Of a DNA stretch of 64,000 bases, positions 60,617 through 64,000 are shown piece after piece; within the stretch, counting starts at the first letter, position 1, and each line of letters starts with the position of its first letter. The DNA lies in sequence record KU686213.1; one strand, 5' to 3'. Both the position numbers and the translations under genes were made by a program. The notes under the pieces were generated by a model that worked only from the letters and a program-made list of their open reading frames with translations, was not told the origin of the DNA and ran no database searches.

Positions 60617-61384
60617 ATGGCTAAAGGATTTACCGTCAAAGCAAAAGAACCACCCAAGGGTAAGGTTGCTGATCAAGTTGAAGAGTGGGATTATGCAAAG
60701 GCAAAGGAGATGCTCAGAGGTAAGAGCATTGTTTTCTGCCTCCCTGGTCGTGGCGTAAGCTATACCTACCTAAAGAACTTTGTTCAAATGTGTTTTGACC
60801 TAGTTCAAATGGGAGCATCTATTCAGATCTCTCAAGACTACAGTTCAATGGTCAACTTTGCACGTTGTAAGTGTCTTGGTGCTAACGTTCTACGTGGACC
60901 CGACCAGATTCCCTGGGACGGTAAGCTTAAGTATGACTACCAGCTCTGGATTGATAGCGACATCGTATTCAACACCCAGAAGCTACTCCAACTCGTTCTT
61001 ATGGACAAGGACATTGCTACTGGTTGGTACTCTACTGAAGATGGTCGCACCACTTCCGTAGCTCACTGGCTAGAAGAAGATGACTTCGCCAAGAACGGTG
61101 GTGTTATGAACCACGAAATGGTTGAAGGAATCTCCAAGCGTAAGAAGCCTTTCACTGTTGACTATGCTGGCTTCGGTTGGATCCTACTTAAGAACGGTGT
61201 GTTTGAGCACCCCGAGATGAAGTACCCCTGGTTCGCTCCCAAGATGCAAGTCTTTGATTCAGGCGCTGTACAAGATATGTGTGGTGAAGATGTTAGCTTC
61301 TGCCTAGATGCTATCGCTGCTGGCTTTGAGATCTGGTGTGATCCTCGCATCCGCGTAGGACACGAAAAGACCCGAGTCATCTGA
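60617..61384 (+). CDS. Conserved cyanomyovirus GT-A-like protein
   Basis: IVFCLPGR, NFARCKCLG, LWIDSDIVF (DxD), GEDVSFC, VGHEK. Confidence 0.7.
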   Translation: MAKGFTVKAKEPPKGKVADQVEEWDYAKAKEMLRGKSIVFCLPGRGVSYTYLKNFVQMCFDLVQMGASIQISQDYSSMVNFARCKCLGANVLRGPDQIPWDGKLKYDYQLWIDSDIVFNTQKLLQLVLMDKDIATGWYSTEDGRTTSVAHWLEEDDFAKNGGVMNHEMVEGISKRKKPFTVDYAGFGWILLKNGVFEHPEMKYPWFAPKMQVFDSGAVQDMCGEDVSFCLDAIAAGFEIWCDPRIRVGHEKTRVI

Positions 61385-61402
61385 TCACTTTATAAACTGT
61401 CC

Positions 61403-61430
61403 ACCACCTCCTACGGGGGGTGGTTTTTTA
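61403..61430 (+). terminator. Rho-independent terminator
   Basis: ACCACCTCC-TACG-GGGGGTGGT plus T run. Confidence 0.85.
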
Positions 61431-61461
61431 ATGTATAATAACTCTGTTCGAGTAAATTCCT

Positions 61462-61671
61462 ATGTCTAAAGGCATCACAAATCTATTAGTTCAAGTAGAT
61501 CATTCCGATGGTCATAAATATACCTTCACAAAAGATTTTCATGGCATCAAAATTAAATATACGTCTGATCTAATTTCTGAAGATTTGCCCCGAGAGGTAT
61601 TCATCCCAGATAATTCTGTATCAGCTATTATTCATGCTTTGAGCCTCATCTCTCAAAATCCAGAATACTGA
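61462..61671 (+). CDS. Hypothetical protein
   Basis: 69-aa ORF after a TATAAT element. Confidence 0.45.
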   Translation: MSKGITNLLVQVDHSDGHKYTFTKDFHGIKIKYTSDLISEDLPREVFIPDNSVSAIIHALSLISQNPEY

Positions 61672-61679
61672 AAAATATT

Positions 61680-62174
61680 ATGTATACACACAACGAACAT
61701 CCTGGGTTCTACGATAAGTGGTTTAAGATTTGGTCTGACTGCACCCCAGAAGTACTAGACGCCACTGCTATTATCCGTGTAATGGAATGCACTAATGGTT
61801 GCGTTCAGTATGGTTTTCGTGGAGAAAGCCCCAACGCACTATCGGTAGAACAGACCCGTGAGTGTATGAAGGTCTCTATGGGGGCTATAAAGAGCAAGAA
61901 GCTGCCTCTACCAACAGGGGAGGTAATCTATATGCCCGAAGAAGCAATCCCCCTTATGAACGAAGCTAGGGACCTCTACCAGAAAATGAAGGCAAGAGAC
62001 ATTGATGCTTATGATGAGTTCTTTGCTCTATCCACAGCACACTTCCATGTCCTAGGCAAGAAGATTATTGACGAGAAGTTTGCATTCTTAACAGAACATT
62101 TTGGTGATGTCTTCACTGAGTATTGGATTGATAGGGGTAGGGAGTATATCTATGATGCTCTAAGTCCAGCCTAA
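61680..62174 (+). CDS. Conserved hypothetical
   Basis: VMECTNGCVQY...LSVEQTRECMK pattern. Confidence 0.55.
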   Translation: MYTHNEHPGFYDKWFKIWSDCTPEVLDATAIIRVMECTNGCVQYGFRGESPNALSVEQTRECMKVSMGAIKSKKLPLPTGEVIYMPEEAIPLMNEARDLYQKMKARDIDAYDEFFALSTAHFHVLGKKIIDEKFAFLTEHFGDVFTEYWIDRGREYIYDALSPA

Positions 62175-62198
62175 ATAACTATAACAGCCTGTATCATC

Positions 62199-62378
62199 AT
62201 GTCTGAATCTGCCTCACGTGTTTATGATGCCGTTACTCAGGCTGGTATGAGTATCACTCCCGAAGCCATTGCTGCTGCTATTAGGTGTGCCGCAATGGAA
62301 TGTCGGGATGATCAAGGCAACATTAGCCTAGCTAAGATGTACGAATTAACCTGTGAATTAGAAACTATTTTATTATGA
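62199..62378 (+). CDS. Small hypothetical (59 aa)
   Basis: Read by eye: MSESASRVYDAV...; TAAATA upstream; ATGA overlap. Confidence 0.5.
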   Translation: MSESASRVYDAVTQAGMSITPEAIAAAIRCAAMECRDDQGNISLAKMYELTCELETILL

Positions 62379-62635
62379 ATCCAATTTATTATCTCGATGC
62401 CGTACTTGTTATCATTGTAGTTATTGCTATTATGGATGCTAATGTGGCTCCTTGGTTAGGGCTACAGTTTAAGGTATTGACTGTGGAATTACGTAGGCAG
62501 TGGCTTCTTCTTAAGATGAAGCCCGATCTATGGCTAATGAAGTGGAGAATGAAAAGAGTTCTTAAGAAACTACAGCAGGATGCAGAGCTTCAGGCTATAA
62601 TCAAAGAACATTATGAACAAGAGAAAAAAGAATGA
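62375..62635 (+). CDS. Hypothetical membrane protein
   Basis: N-terminal TM helix; basic amphipathic tail. Confidence 0.55.
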   Translation: MNPIYYLDAVLVIIVVIAIMDANVAPWLGLQFKVLTVELRRQWLLLKMKPDLWLMKWRMKRVLKKLQQDAELQAIIKEHYEQEKKE

Positions 62636-62811
62636 TACTTTTAGCGGCAGCAGCCACAACAATGCTCACTTGTGCCCAAGTGCAGCACGTTGAGAAGGGT
62701 GTTTTAGTACACCCTCTCCTCACATACACCCAAAGAGCAGAGATTATATTAGAGCTTGATATCGCAACAAACGAAGAATGTGATTTGGGTTATAACAATG
62801 GGGATGTTTGA
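62632..62811 (+). CDS. Small hypothetical (59 aa)
   Basis: Read by eye: MILLAAAATTMLTCAQVQ...; ATGA overlap. Confidence 0.45.
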   Translation: MILLAAAATTMLTCAQVQHVEKGVLVHPLLTYTQRAEIILELDIATNEECDLGYNNGDV

Positions 62812-63154
62812 TGAGGTAAAATGCTCTGCCCCCATTGGAGAGCTTACTAATGTCTTAACACAGACAAAGGATATATCAGATGATTACTGGGAGGGGGGCA
62901 CAATGTCCTTCTACTGGATTGACCCATCTGGTCATATGTGGGCAACCGATTACTCTGGTACATATGATTTTGTCTTTGATGGGACAAGATATACTACAGT
63001 AAGAACTAAAAATAGGGGTAAATTATTTCCAATGAGCATCACTCGAAGTATAGAAATATACAATTGTAAGATGCAAGCCGATGGGTATGTTGATACTACG
63101 CTGTGTGAGCTTAGGATATGCGAAGGGAAGCTAATAAATTACAAGTATAAATAA
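62798..63154 (+). CDS. Conserved hypothetical (MGMFD family)
   Basis: MGMFDEVKC...QTKD...YWIDPSGHMW. Confidence 0.55.
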   Translation: MGMFDEVKCSAPIGELTNVLTQTKDISDDYWEGGTMSFYWIDPSGHMWATDYSGTYDFVFDGTRYTTVRTKNRGKLFPMSITRSIEIYNCKMQADGYVDTTLCELRICEGKLINYKYK

Positions 63155-63178
63155 ACCATACGGATTTATTTTGTTACG

Positions 63179-64000
63179 ATGGACCTCAATTCTTATATTC
63201 AGCTCAAAGAGGCATACTCTCAGGTAGGTAAGCCACAACAACTAACCGAGAATGTTGACTCTATCTGGGAAGAAGTTGAAGCATTTGCTCACGCCCTAGT
63301 AGAAGAGGAGGGGCTTGACCTAAGTGATATGACTTGGGATGAGGTCCGTGATGCATATTTACAAGAGCAGGGTAGTGGTCAAAGAGGCAGCGCAAGAAGA
63401 AATGCTGCGGCACGCGCAAACAGAGATCCAGAAGCTGGTAGGACGAGAAGCCAGCAGCAGATGGACGCCAAGATTGATAAAGAATTTGGTAGTAAGAATC
63501 CAAAAACAGGTCTAGCCAACTTAGGATCAAATTACGCTGCTCAAGAGAAAGCCGCAGCAAAAGCAGCAGAAGCATCTAGAGGATCAGGTGGATCAAGTCT
63601 TTCTTCTGCTGTTGCTGAAAAACAGGCTAAAGCTAAAGCTAAACTAGAAGCACAAAGGAATAGTGGCGGAACTGGTGCTACTAGTAATAGTAAGACAACA
63701 GCCAAGACAACAACCAAGCCAGAAACCAAGACAACAACTCAGACAACAACCAAGACATCTACTCCAGCAGCTAAGACCCAGCCTGCTGCTCCTGCTAAAG
63801 ATCGTATGGCTGGTGCTTCCAAGGCTGACCGTATGGGTGCTTGGGCGAAAGCTAATCCAAAACTAGCTGCTGCTCAAAAGCAAAGAGCTGCTACAAGAGG
63901 AACTAGTGCGACAACTAACCCAATGATGAAGGACTTGGCTAAGCGTATGCCCAAGCCTGCTGCTCCTAATAAGCCTTCTGGTGGTGGATTGTCTGCAGTA
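63179..64000 (+). CDS. Late Ala/Lys/Thr-rich protein, 3'-truncated by the window edge (internal-head-protein type)
   Basis: Late promoter TATAAATA at 63146; MDLNSYIQLKEAYSQV...EEEGLDLSDMTWDE...; frame open to the end, so absent from the ORF track. Confidence 0.7.
   Translation, partial: MDLNSYIQLKEAYSQVGKPQQLTENVDSIWEEVEAFAHALVEEEGLDLSDMTWDEVRDAYLQEQGSGQRGSARRNAAARANRDPEAGRTRSQQQMDAKIDKEFGSKNPKTGLANLGSNYAAQEKAAAKAAEASRGSGGSSLSSAVAEKQAKAKAKLEAQRNSGGTGATSNSKTTAKTTTKPETKTTTQTTTKTSTPAAKTQPAAPAKDRMAGASKADRMGAWAKANPKLAAAQKQRAATRGTSATTNPMMKDLAKRMPKPAAPNKPSGGGLSAV

Overview
A 64-kb segment of a T4-like cyanobacterial myovirus (Kyanoviridae-type). Essentially every real gene is on the + strand. In order it holds: two S74-chaperone fibre genes; the replication block (gp44, gp62, regA, hsp20, gp43, uvsX, gp41, mazG); a small glycosyltransferase cluster; a tRNA cluster; late/structural hypotheticals; gp61 primase with nrdA and nrdB; a lysis-like region with cpeT and peptide deformylase; a structured-RNA array; a large sugar-synthesis/GT cluster (gmd, fcl-like, ColD-like); four collagen-like fibre genes with hli and an HNH endonuclease; and short hypotheticals. 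Best finds: (1) a textbook -1 frameshift signal (T TTT TTT, 5-nt spacer, 13-bp stem-loop) joining a C39 peptidase-like ORF to a GH24 lysozyme that has no start codon upstream of its catalytic residues; (2) a tRNA with full alanine acceptor identity (G3:U70, A73, no A20) but an Arg CCG anticodon; (3) a ~130-nt tRNA-like RNA with its own promoter; (4) five tandem pseudoknot modules (wcaG-RNA-like); (5) a probable GDP-colitose pathway beside Thr-rich collagen fibres. All product calls come from motif recognition by eye. No database search or folding program was run, and some start codons are best guesses.
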